From the NCBI GenBank assembly GCA_050173015.1, contig JBFXLE010000025.1:1-64000 (forward strand): a stretch of 64,000 nucleotides of DNA, given 5' to 3'. A model generated the notes under the pieces. It made no database searches, had not been told where the DNA came from, and worked only from the letters and a program-made list of their open reading frames with translations. Source of the DNA: Calditrichaceae bacterium (GTDB lineage: Bacteria > Calditrichota > Calditrichia > Calditrichales > JBFXGD01). This document shows positions 26,235 to 34,799 of this stretch, one piece after another (position 1 is the first letter of the stretch; each line of letters starts with the position of its first letter). A program made the position numbers and the translations under genes.

Positions 26235-28304
26235 TTATTCTTTTATAATAAAATGTATCGACTGTCGGGAGCCGGACATGTTTACCCGGACTCTGTCAGG
26301 GCTTACCCCGTAAACATCTTCAAAGAAGCCTCTGAGGGCTTCTTCAAACCCGCGTATCTGTGATAATTTTTGAGGATATTCGATGATTATTCTCGATGCG
26401 GGCAAATCCTGCAGATAAACGCCAACCACCGATAGACTCTGCATATTCGAATTTACATCGAATTCATTGCCTGTAAATACAAAATCTGTCAATTTGATCT
26501 CATTATCCCTGTAAAAATAAGAAGCGCTTACATTCATTCGCTTTCTTGCGGAAGCCTGTGTCACCGGTTCCGGACTGTCATCAAGATAAAATATGGCACT
26601 CTTTTCATCTTCAACCGGCTGCGGCGCGGCTTTAACTTCCGCTTTTTTCTCAGTTTGGACAATCGCAGGCTGTTCCAATATTATGTTTTTCACACCGGTC
26701 CATTTCATCGCGTAGTTGTCAAGTTCATCCGATGCTTCAACTTTTATTTTATAGCTTGCTGAAATCGGATTTTTAGGATGATCTCTCAAAAGCCATTTAA
26801 AGCTGCGGTTGATGACATGATCATCTCCCACAAGAGGCCTGATAGCGCTCCATACGGAGTCATCTCCGGATTTATACAACTGAATCTTCCAGGTCATGCG
26901 TTCAGATTCTTCATCCCGGATATCAGCTTTCATCATCAGGATGTAATCCGTCCTAAACGGTTCCAGCTTGACTCCGGTAGTGTCAAATTCCAGACTTATT
27001 TCCGGAGGGTTACTGTCATTTATCAATGAAAGAACTTTGAAAGGCATCGATTCCGAAGAACTGTTACCCGCCTTATCGATGATTTCAATACCCGCGATAT
27101 AGGTTTTATTTCTTACAAAGCTGCCGTCATCCTGAATTCCGTTAAAGGAGAGCGAATCATCCATTTGACCGCCCCGTAAATTATATGTTTTCCGGTAAGC
27201 GATAATACTGCTGTCTTCGGAAGAAACAATGCTGAAATTCAGCAGTGATAATCCGGAATCTTCATCATTAGCATTGACGTGAATTTTAAAAATATCCGAG
27301 GTATCCGGTCGTGTGAATACCGTGTAATTTCCCAGCCTGTTAATCTGAAGATGAGGCGCCGTTTTATCTCTATAAACCAATTGAGGATTGACCACCGCCG
27401 CGTCTCCCTGGAATCGGTCAAGCGAAAACTGGATTCCCCATGCCTGACGAAGTGTTGACACCGGCAGAGGTGAATCATCATACCGGACCCCATAGGTAAG
27501 ATGAGCGGAAAATTCTTTCATGCGAAACTTAAAGGCCAGCAAAGCGCCTATTTCGTTATATATTACTTTTTTGAATTCGACACCCAGGTTAAAATTCGAA
27601 GGCAGATCAAATCCCGCGTTGATAAATGCTCCAAAATTCCGGTCCAGGTAGTAATCATCTTCAATGATCGCCCCGCCTTCAAGTGAGATCGAACCTGAAT
27701 TGTTCAACCATAGATAGGAAGCCCTGAATTCTCTCGCTTCATTGTCACCCGATATGGCCGAATAGGACGGGCTGAACAGATTTTTCGCGCTGAATCCGAT
27801 ACTTTGGGATCCATTCAACACATAGATGGCGCTCAGATCGCCTCCAACTCCCGAGACTGTTTGATCTTCATTAAGATCCGAATACCATGTATAATCATTC
27901 CATTTTAATGAAGCCGCTATGATCAGACGTTTAAAAAACGCATTGGCATAACCAAATTCAATCGCGGAAGCATCAATGACCGGATCATCAAAGTTTTCTA
28001 CAGAAAATTGTGTGTATGAAAAATTAATCGCGCCCCACTTGTAGGAAGGCAAGAACACCTGGATCGCGTTTGTACCGATATTTCCGTCTGAGAGCTCCTG
28101 ATACGGTGTGTAATAGGACAAACCCGCATAGATGTTCTGCCGGTAGAACGACTGAGCCAGGGCTGAATTCGCGAACCGCCAGTTATCAATTCTTGCTGTG
28201 GACGTACTCATCCCGAGCTGGTAAGGACTCGAAATCATGAGTTCCTGCGCCTGCAATGATACCATTCCCGTTATAATCAGATACAAAACAATCCGTTTAA
28301 TCAT
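26235..28304 (-). CDS. Putative outer-membrane protein: PorV/PorP-like barrel + Ig/FlgD-like domains + degenerate OmpA-like C-terminus
   Basis: Signal peptide; SPYQLGM...D...NSALA N-terminus followed by amphipathic beta-strand pattern to about aa 295; DKTAP/DSNPP Ig starts; FNGIQDDGSFVRNKTY...DKAGN; tail LQDLPASRIIIE...YGVSPDRV. Confidence 0.55.
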   Translation of the reverse strand: MIKRIVLYLIITGMVSLQAQELMISSPYQLGMSTSTARIDNWRFANSALAQSFYRQNIYAGLSYYTPYQELSDGNIGTNAIQVFLPSYKWGAINFSYTQFSVENFDDPVIDASAIEFGYANAFFKRLIIAASLKWNDYTWYSDLNEDQTVSGVGGDLSAIYVLNGSQSIGFSAKNLFSPSYSAISGDNEAREFRASYLWLNNSGSISLEGGAIIEDDYYLDRNFGAFINAGFDLPSNFNLGVEFKKVIYNEIGALLAFKFRMKEFSAHLTYGVRYDDSPLPVSTLRQAWGIQFSLDRFQGDAAVVNPQLVYRDKTAPHLQINRLGNYTVFTRPDTSDIFKIHVNANDEDSGLSLLNFSIVSSEDSSIIAYRKTYNLRGGQMDDSLSFNGIQDDGSFVRNKTYIAGIEIIDKAGNSSSESMPFKVLSLINDSNPPEISLEFDTTGVKLEPFRTDYILMMKADIRDEESERMTWKIQLYKSGDDSVWSAIRPLVGDDHVINRSFKWLLRDHPKNPISASYKIKVEASDELDNYAMKWTGVKNIILEQPAIVQTEKKAEVKAAPQPVEDEKSAIFYLDDSPEPVTQASARKRMNVSASYFYRDNEIKLTDFVFTGNEFDVNSNMQSLSVVGVYLQDLPASRIIIEYPQKLSQIRGFEEALRGFFEDVYGVSPDRVRVNMSGSRQSIHFIIKE

Positions 28305-28977
28305 TTTTCAGAGACACCATTCCGGAATGAATTATTTGTCCTTGTAAATTTATAAAATAAAAATACGCGCCCGATCTTAAATTTCCTCCGGACATCGATT
28401 TCCCGTTCCATATGAACTGATAGGAATCCGATGTCACTTGAACCGGTTCTTTTTGTTTAAAAACTTCCCTGCCGTCCATACTTCGTATCTGAAGTTCCAC
28501 GGAAGGTGGATTTGTCAACGGAGTTCGATATGAGAAATAAACCGGATTCCCATTGATCACACCCCGGTCAGAAAGATTGAAATCGGTAATAACGCTGCTC
28601 CCGGAAAGCCGTTGTGTTTGTAAATCGGGAACAACCGCGTCCGTTACAATTTTCCAGTTATAGCGCACCTGTTCCCGAAGCTTTGTATCTTCAAGAATGA
28701 TGCTGAGTGTATCCCCGTAATGCCAGGTATTTGATAAATTACCCAATTCGGCATACCAGACCGGCTCCGTATATCCGCATGAAGGGGATAATTCCGTAAG
28801 ATAATCCTGGGGTGTATTTTTCAAAAAAATCTTAATATGAAAATTATCCGGGTCAATCGGATTTCCGGCTGAATTGGAAACTTTACCGCTGACGAGTAAA
28901 GGCTGATTCAGTCCCTGGGAAAACCCTGAATGACAGGCAATCATGAGTATAAATATTGTCAGTACAAATTTTTTCAT
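28297..28977 (-). CDS. Exported protein with C-terminal FlgD-Ig/sorting-like domain
   Basis: Signal peptide; ELQIRSMDGREV...FIWNGKSMSGGNLRSGAYFY. Confidence 0.7.
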   Translation of the reverse strand: MKKFVLTIFILMIACHSGFSQGLNQPLLVSGKVSNSAGNPIDPDNFHIKIFLKNTPQDYLTELSPSCGYTEPVWYAELGNLSNTWHYGDTLSIILEDTKLREQVRYNWKIVTDAVVPDLQTQRLSGSSVITDFNLSDRGVINGNPVYFSYRTPLTNPPSVELQIRSMDGREVFKQKEPVQVTSDSYQFIWNGKSMSGGNLRSGAYFYFINLQGQIIHSGMVSLKND

Positions 28978-31900
28978 TTTATCAGAATCACTTTTTTAAT
29001 ATCGAACTGATCATTAAAACCTGCGCGGATTAGGTAAACTCCGGATGCGACCGGTGGGCCGGCTTCTGTATTCCATCTATAGATGTATATCTGTGGCTGC
29101 TGCACTTTTACAGTTTCGCTTTTTACAAGCTGCCCCAGTATATTATAGATTTTTATTTTCACATCTCCGGAAGCCGGTATCTGTAGCGGTACACTTACCT
29201 GTCCGTTAAACGGATTTGGATACGGCGCGCTGATTTCAAATTTATCCGGGATGATAGGAGCGTCCTGTTCCGCTGACGTTATTTCATACTCAGAGATCCA
29301 ATTGTTTTCAAGATCATAAAAGACGAATTTCCAGCTTTTTGACTGATCCAGATTTCCCTTGTTTATAAACGCCACATTTGCCGCCGTGTCAATTCCGCAT
29401 CCCGTAATTGCGGATCGCTGCATCTCATCCACGTAAACTTCCATCCGATAAATTTTTTCTTTGAATCGGATCAGGTTCGTCCTACTCGGGAAACTATTCT
29501 CAGAGGATACTTTAGACAAAATATTCTCTGCCGCTATTTCCGTTTTTTTCATAAGAACCGTTTGTCCGGAGACTTCAAGATTGAATCCCTGTGACGTAAA
29601 AACATAAATCGGTTCCAGATAACCAATTTCAAAATTATTAATCCAGCTGCTTGTGGTCGTGTCATAAACCGCTTCATTCCAGCCCTGGCCTGTATTATCC
29701 CAGACGACTATCCGTTCAGCGTTTCCGAACAATCCGGCAAGATCTCCGGCAGGAGCCGAAGCGATCGGATTGAAAACGGATCGGTATCTTTTATCTGGAT
29801 AACTATTTTCTTCAATTCTTATCGTATCCGGCAGCGATTGCATATATCCGGCGCGCCCGGAACGCGCTGACTTCAGCATTACCCCTTTTCCCCCGGACAG
29901 TTCTAAATCCGTACTCCATTTTCCTGTTTGAGTAATATATTTTGATGACCGCCAACCGGGCAGTGAAGCATCCCACAGAGAAAGCGAACTAAAATACTCA
30001 GGATCCGGGGAGAGAATGCTTATATTCAGGGTTTCTGTATTCGGGACTGAGATCAAACCGCCTTTTTCTGCCGGACTGTTCAACAACACCGCTGGCTTTG
30101 ACCAGTATGATCGTTCATTCTTAAGGAGCCTGACAAAAATGTATGCCTTTTCCTCAAGGCTCTGCAGATCAAACACCCATGATGGATTAGCGGTGCGATT
30201 ATAGAGATTGCTAAAATTGAGAGTATCCGGCTTCTCCGTAATTGTACCGCTTAAATATATTTCAAATCTGTCGGATTTCGATGCTGCAACCGGCCATGAG
30301 ACCACAAAAAATTTGTCCACCTGATTCCACTTCAGCTGATCGGTGGTCAAAGTAAAAAATGGTTCTGTGGTAAAGGCAAATGTGGTATCAGCTCCAAGTT
30401 TATTACCGGAAACGCCCGTCAGGTCGGCGGATAATTTCAGGTAATATTCGCTGTTATATTCCAGGTTATCCGTATTTAATTGAATAAAATTGCTTCTTGT
30501 CAGGAATGTCGCCTGTACCTGTTGTGTATCGGATTGAACAACCCTGTAAATTCCGATATGATCAAGCGATGATTCGTCAGCCGGCTGATTGAAAATGAAT
30601 GGATAACTCTGATTTACAGGCGCTTTGGCGCCTCTTTCAAAGAGGACCTGTTTTAGTTTAAATTCTACTGTATCCTGAATTTGAAATGGCGTAACGCTAT
30701 TGAAATCCAGTTCGGGAGCCGCAAAAAATCTTATTTTACCCTCCGACAGCAGCGTAAGTGACCCGGACTTTAAATCGGCCGGCGACAATACCTCGAGAAG
30801 AGTGTCAGACAACCAATGACCTGTAACCTGTGTACTTTTAAGATTTTGGACGACAGCGAATGACGGCAGGTATGAAGTATCAGCGGGTGATGTAAAGGCG
30901 AAATAGTAATTTGATCTCGAATGAACGGTTTCTCCCGCCTCAGGAAACTGCCAGCTTAATTCACCCGGTTCAACGACCACATCAGAAGAACGGAACGAAA
31001 AGACCACCGATTCATTCCCCTGCTGCCCGTTGACAGCAACGTATTCCGGCATCAGGTGTATTTCATAGATGACAGAGGGACTCCAGCCTGCGGTTGGCGT
31101 AAATTTAAAAACTGAAGAATTATTCTCCCGGGTCCATTTGCCGGAAAGCAGCGGACTGATTTGTACGGCCTGCGCGACGCTAAACGCATCCATACCGGTA
31201 TTGAACTCCAGCATCAGCGGCGTGAACGGCAGCACATTATCGGTTGCGTTGGCAGGATCATATTTACGTAATTTCGGAATGACAGGTTTTACCAATTTTG
31301 ATACAGGGTAAACCGTAACCTCCACTAATTGATCCTCATCTACGGATACATCATAACTGGAATCAGATGTTTGTTCCGTAAAACCGATGATACCGGAATC
31401 TGCTTTCACCGGAAACCATGTAAGAAGAATGGTACCGGTTGAATCCTTGATCAGAAAATCAAAAAATTTGTCGCCATCGATGTCACCCGCGAACACCGCT
31501 TCAGTAATGATTCCGCCCGGATCCTGATAAAATTCCAGACCATCCGTAAGATTGTTATTCTGATCTACCACAAACTCTTCAATTCCGTCATTATCAATAT
31601 CACGGGCAATAATGGCATCAAGCACAAAGTAATTGAACTGATAGTCCTGCAGAAGAGTATTCTGGTTGTTATCACGCGCCTCTCTGGCTTCAATCGCCAA
31701 CTGCAACGCAGACTGCGGTTTCCAAACCGGATAACCCTCGATGGTGAACATGTTTTGTCCATAAGCCGACCATTGGTATTCCTGTTCGTAATTGGTCACT
31801 GCGGTCGTTAGCCATATTTCCGGAGCCGTAGCTACCCATTCCGAAAAAATTAAATTTATTTTTGAGTCCGCCGATATCTGTTTACCGGTTGGTGGAAGCG

Positions 31901-34799
31901 CCTGTAGTATGGAAGGTTGATGATGATCGGCGGATTTTAATCCGGATACAAAACTGAATTCCGTTTTACCACCTACGGCAAGACCATTTTTGCCCTTTAA
32001 TTCGGAAGAAATCTTAAAACTGTATGTGGTGGTATCCCGGAGCTGCTGCGATGGAAACAGATACAAAGTGAACTCGTTTGCCCATAGATAATTCCAGAAG
32101 ATGCCGGTAGATGTATCGGTAACCACCGGAAACCCGGTCCCTGTTTTCATACCCGATGAGAAGATAAAGCGCACAGTCGGTGAATTGTCAATTGTTCTTA
32201 AATAATCCCCCGGATAGAAAGAAATAACCTCAGGAGGAATCACGGGAGTTTCATCAACGGTAGTAAATGAAATATTATAGTCATGCGGAAGTTTTTCTCC
32301 ATTAATCGATGTCAGGCCTTCCATGATGGTGATCGTGTAAACCGTCGTTGTCTGAAGAGAATCCGCCGGATGAATAATAACTTTTCTTCCGTTTAGGTCA
32401 TTTTGAATACTTTGAAATTCTACTTCCGGTGATATCTGAATATTATTTTCCACCGAATTAAAATCGACCGGATAGGAAAATTCCAGTTCAATACTCGGGG
32501 TCAAACTTACATTCTGCGCGTTATTTTGCGGGATCGATTTAAAATGAACAAATTTTATGTCCCTGACATGGATTTCATCATTCAAATCATACACTTTGGT
32601 ATAAAATCCGCTTCCGTTTTCATCAAAAGCATACTCCAGCGTACCGTCTTCATCATCGTCGATAGGTACGCAGGAAGCGATATAACCTGTGTACGGAATA
32701 GCCCCCGGATCCCAGAAATATGAAGGATAGGGGTTCTGTCCGGTTCTGATAAAAAATTCTTTCTGGTTATCAGCATTAATATTTGAACTGTCCAGCAGAC
32801 TTGTCTCGACTCCGCCGGAATCGGCATAAACCTCATAACCGTCAAGTAAAGTCAGGTTCAGATTATGCGCGTACTCGGGATAATTATCATTGTCCAGATC
32901 AAACGCAATAAAATTATACTCCGTTTCAAAAGTAAAGTTATATTTTTGCGCCAGCTGAACAAGATCTTCTGATTTCGCATGTTCATCGATATAAAAATAG
33001 TAACGGGTCGCCGGAAGAAATGATTCATGGGTGACGGTCAGAACACGGTTGTCATCCCAGGAATGCGTCTGTTCTACTTTTGGTTCTCCAAACAACGGGT
33101 AGATTGTTTCCGGCGCCATGGCCTGGGAGAAAAACACACGTATGTCAGAATTCTGATGCACATCAATGCCTGACGGAAAACTTCTGTACACTACCGGAGG
33201 ATCAGCCTGCTCCGACGCGATATGTGTAGTAAACCTGGCCATCGTTGTGGTGAGGATTGAATCGCCGCCAACGGAATAAACAGGCCCGGTGCTGCGGTAT
33301 TCGACGGTTGTGCCCTGGGGTATCGAATTGCGGGTCCACAGATATAGAAAATTGCCATCCGTATAGGATCTCAGCGTATCAGAATTGGTGGAAAGGACAA
33401 ACGCCGGCAGACGATTCGAATCTAAATAATCCGAAAATACGATTTCTGCCACTGTAGTGATCGCCTGATTTGATTCATTTAATGGCGGCGAAAACGCGAC
33501 AATTCTGAAATCATCCACAGCCAGCGGTGAAATCGCGGGTCCTATTCTCATCAGAGGATCACCCACAACAATACTTGTCCAGTCCAAATACGGCATGGAC
33601 ATATAGGCGGCTTCAGCAAACGTATAGCCTTTGAAATATGCCGGGAAGAGAACGGATTCATCCGCGATGCCTGAGGAATACGGCTCATAAACATTTCCCA
33701 CACCGCCTGAACCGCCGCTCCTGATAAAATCAGAGACCTGCCCCTGACCCAGTTTCACATTTGTGGAAAAACTAACGCCATTATACGATTCATAGCTGGA
33801 AAATATCGCGCCTTTTCCCAGTTTAAAATTAAACCGGGTTAGAGGGTAGTCCGGTTCAAGTCCCGCGTAAACACCATGGGTTACGATTCCCGCGACAGAA
33901 TCTGCAATGGAAGTGATGGGTTCCGGATCATCAGCCCAGGGATCGGGATATACCGTTGCGCCGAGATTTTTTAAATTCAGATACGCCCGGTCCATTCTGT
34001 CATAATATTTTTGCGCGTCATCAACAACAAATGAATGATACTGACTCTCCGTACCGGCTTCAATGCCCTTTTTTAGCATCGCCTTGACATCACTAACTGA
34101 ATATCCGTCAAGACGCGATACCAGAAAGCTCAGACGATTTCCAAATGTATTGGTATAGAATTCAGGAACAAATGGAGAAATCCCTTCGAAAGCCGGATCT
34201 TGTTTGTAATAGGGATTCTCAATTCTTCCATTGATGCTGTAGTGACCGTTAAATATCATACTGAGCGCGGCGTCAACCGAACTGTAATCCGCGTAATAAT
34301 AATCACTGGTTTCATATGTCCTGATCCTGTGAGGTATGCCCTTTGTCAGAACGATATATTTTATTTTGCTTCGAAGAGCGCTTCCCTGATCGTCATAGAC
34401 CGTGTTCAGAATGTTTTCCACCTGTTGACGTATGCCGACAATCTTGCCGGTCTCATCATAGTAGGAATCATATTCGGCCCGGCTTATTTCAGAATTAACC
34501 GGAGCTTTTATGCCGACCAGGTTTGTTCCGGGTATGCCTCTCTTTTCCACATAATAACTTGCAATTTCGTACCCGTCCCAGATGTTATTATTATTCTCGT
34601 CAACCAGATAGTTGATATTATAAAGCACCAGAACATTCTCCGGATTATCCTGAAGAGATTCGCGGAATGTGGTAGTCAGTACCTGTCCCAGGGTATCAAA
34701 CTGCGTGATTTTGTAACGAACGGACTGCGCCTGTGAGTATTGAAATAAAAGGATCAATATAAGTAAGATCCGGTAGGAATTTTGTCGGATTAATTTCAT
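28974..34799 (-). CDS. Large secreted protein: TIGR03790-like domain, multiple Big_5-type Ig domains, DxDxDG modules, C-terminal sorting domain
   Basis: NVLVLYN...IASYYVEKRGIP, YIVLTKGIP, SSVDAAL, NPYY, LVSRLDG, GNVYEP, VVGDPL; repeated IxFS/FNxxM Ig motifs; tail APYPNPFNG...IYNILGQLV...SGVYLI...KKVILIK. Confidence 0.8.
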   Translation of the reverse strand: MKLIRQNSYRILLILILLFQYSQAQSVRYKITQFDTLGQVLTTTFRESLQDNPENVLVLYNINYLVDENNNNIWDGYEIASYYVEKRGIPGTNLVGIKAPVNSEISRAEYDSYYDETGKIVGIRQQVENILNTVYDDQGSALRSKIKYIVLTKGIPHRIRTYETSDYYYADYSSVDAALSMIFNGHYSINGRIENPYYKQDPAFEGISPFVPEFYTNTFGNRLSFLVSRLDGYSVSDVKAMLKKGIEAGTESQYHSFVVDDAQKYYDRMDRAYLNLKNLGATVYPDPWADDPEPITSIADSVAGIVTHGVYAGLEPDYPLTRFNFKLGKGAIFSSYESYNGVSFSTNVKLGQGQVSDFIRSGGSGGVGNVYEPYSSGIADESVLFPAYFKGYTFAEAAYMSMPYLDWTSIVVGDPLMRIGPAISPLAVDDFRIVAFSPPLNESNQAITTVAEIVFSDYLDSNRLPAFVLSTNSDTLRSYTDGNFLYLWTRNSIPQGTTVEYRSTGPVYSVGGDSILTTTMARFTTHIASEQADPPVVYRSFPSGIDVHQNSDIRVFFSQAMAPETIYPLFGEPKVEQTHSWDDNRVLTVTHESFLPATRYYFYIDEHAKSEDLVQLAQKYNFTFETEYNFIAFDLDNDNYPEYAHNLNLTLLDGYEVYADSGGVETSLLDSSNINADNQKEFFIRTGQNPYPSYFWDPGAIPYTGYIASCVPIDDDEDGTLEYAFDENGSGFYTKVYDLNDEIHVRDIKFVHFKSIPQNNAQNVSLTPSIELEFSYPVDFNSVENNIQISPEVEFQSIQNDLNGRKVIIHPADSLQTTTVYTITIMEGLTSINGEKLPHDYNISFTTVDETPVIPPEVISFYPGDYLRTIDNSPTVRFIFSSGMKTGTGFPVVTDTSTGIFWNYLWANEFTLYLFPSQQLRDTTTYSFKISSELKGKNGLAVGGKTEFSFVSGLKSADHHQPSILQALPPTGKQISADSKINLIFSEWVATAPEIWLTTAVTNYEQEYQWSAYGQNMFTIEGYPVWKPQSALQLAIEAREARDNNQNTLLQDYQFNYFVLDAIIARDIDNDGIEEFVVDQNNNLTDGLEFYQDPGGIITEAVFAGDIDGDKFFDFLIKDSTGTILLTWFPVKADSGIIGFTEQTSDSSYDVSVDEDQLVEVTVYPVSKLVKPVIPKLRKYDPANATDNVLPFTPLMLEFNTGMDAFSVAQAVQISPLLSGKWTRENNSSVFKFTPTAGWSPSVIYEIHLMPEYVAVNGQQGNESVVFSFRSSDVVVEPGELSWQFPEAGETVHSRSNYYFAFTSPADTSYLPSFAVVQNLKSTQVTGHWLSDTLLEVLSPADLKSGSLTLLSEGKIRFFAAPELDFNSVTPFQIQDTVEFKLKQVLFERGAKAPVNQSYPFIFNQPADESSLDHIGIYRVVQSDTQQVQATFLTRSNFIQLNTDNLEYNSEYYLKLSADLTGVSGNKLGADTTFAFTTEPFFTLTTDQLKWNQVDKFFVVSWPVAASKSDRFEIYLSGTITEKPDTLNFSNLYNRTANPSWVFDLQSLEEKAYIFVRLLKNERSYWSKPAVLLNSPAEKGGLISVPNTETLNISILSPDPEYFSSLSLWDASLPGWRSSKYITQTGKWSTDLELSGGKGVMLKSARSGRAGYMQSLPDTIRIEENSYPDKRYRSVFNPIASAPAGDLAGLFGNAERIVVWDNTGQGWNEAVYDTTTSSWINNFEIGYLEPIYVFTSQGFNLEVSGQTVLMKKTEIAAENILSKVSSENSFPSRTNLIRFKEKIYRMEVYVDEMQRSAITGCGIDTAANVAFINKGNLDQSKSWKFVFYDLENNWISEYEITSAEQDAPIIPDKFEISAPYPNPFNGQVSVPLQIPASGDVKIKIYNILGQLVKSETVKVQQPQIYIYRWNTEAGPPVASGVYLIRAGFNDQFDIKKVILIK

